From the IMG/VR virus record IMGVR_UViG_3300030380_000823, positions 1 through 56,781 of that record: DNA of 56,781 nt. One strand, written 5' to 3'. Numbering within the stretch: the stretch's first letter is position 1; the number at the start of each line of letters is the position of its first letter. Below are positions 56,311 to 56,781 of this stretch, piece by piece. The position numbers were made by a program, and so were the translations under genes. This DNA comes from a virus (taxonomy: Duplodnaviria; Caudoviricetes). Below the pieces are notes generated by a model that did not search any database, was not told where the DNA came from, and saw only the letters and a list, made by a program, of their open reading frames with translations.

Positions 56311-56781
56311 CCGGTTAGCTGTTGATGATCGCCTTGGCAACGCTGGGGCGCATTTCTTCAAAAGCGGCAACATTCTTAGAAACCCTAAGTGCAACTCCTT
56401 AAATCTAGCTAGCTTGCTTCCTGATCGCGGCCTGTATAACACCAACCTTGAGTATGATCTTTGGTACTCAATCGGAGGTAACAAAAAAATACATGGCTAC
56501 GTTTATACCGATGCGCTTGAAGACTACTTATACATAAAGCCAGCTAACGTGCATTTCGCTGAAATGGCTATGTATGCAAGTGTAAAGCTTGACCCAACCG
56601 GATATGGCGAAAAGCTAGTTGATCAGATGGGCAAGGGTATTGAAGACAAGTACAGGCTCCGACGCTCAAGCGCAAAGCACAGGTTTGTCATATTCTTGCC
56701 CGGAACCAACTGCATAAAGAAAGTCTTCGATTGGGATAAAGCAAAAGCCGCCGTTGATCAAGGCGCTGTTATAAAGCCTCA
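56300..56781 (+). CDS. Partial ORF, possible glycosyltransferase / capsule-biosynthesis (KpsS/KpsC-like) protein
   Basis: Open to the window end (MSIDRLAVDD...FVIFLPGTN...GAVIKP, next codon CAn); the ending resembles the K-x-HP strand of GT-B sugar transferases. Confidence 0.4.
   Translation, partial: MSIDRLAVDDRLGNAGAHFFKSGNILRNPKCNSLNLASLLPDRGLYNTNLEYDLWYSIGGNKKIHGYVYTDALEDYLYIKPANVHFAEMAMYASVKLDPTGYGEKLVDQMGKGIEDKYRLRRSSAKHRFVIFLPGTNCIKKVFDWDKAKAAVDQGAVIKP

Noticed and set aside
1-56781. Alternative genetic code, tRNA genes, introns or inteins
   Set aside because: Core genes are full length in the standard code with tight coupling; no cloverleaf or intein motifs were noticed by eye (tRNAscan not run)

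Overview
The window is most of the genome of a tailed dsDNA phage with a podovirus-like, P22-type portal. The gene set resembles marine proteobacterial phages, and the window is probably circularly permuted. There are two divergent arms. The leftward arm (39002 to 15702) carries early genes (HAD phosphatase, MoxR-like AAA ATPase, VWA metallopeptidase) and replication genes (family A DNA polymerase with Leu762, Cas4-like exonuclease, SNF2 helicase, two SSB-like genes, DUF927 primase-helicase). It also carries accessory enzymes: radical SAM/SPASM, Coq4-like, 2OG-Fe(II) oxygenase and JmjC cupin. The rightward arm (39432 to the end, continuing 1 to 15543) carries the terminase, portal, GroES, scaffold, capsid, tail, lysis and internal virion genes. 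I saw no integrase, RNA polymerase, tRNA or CRISPR array. The most striking feature is the Thr/Ser-rich tail-region protein at 55184-56158, which is a self-complementary 'protein palindrome'. In it, 22 consecutive key residues pair in exact mirror register (i+j=347), always an aromatic opposite R/K/N/Q/L. This suggests a roughly 40 nm beta-hairpin ribbon whose register is fixed by a binary cation-pi code. A putative glycosyltransferase-like gene follows it. Other notable items are five copies of a 23-25 bp palindrome with matching promoters in the early region, an origin-like repeat region, a probable overprinted gene, and short peptide motifs shared among putative capsid-internal proteins. 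All functional calls come from motif recognition by eye; no database searches were run.
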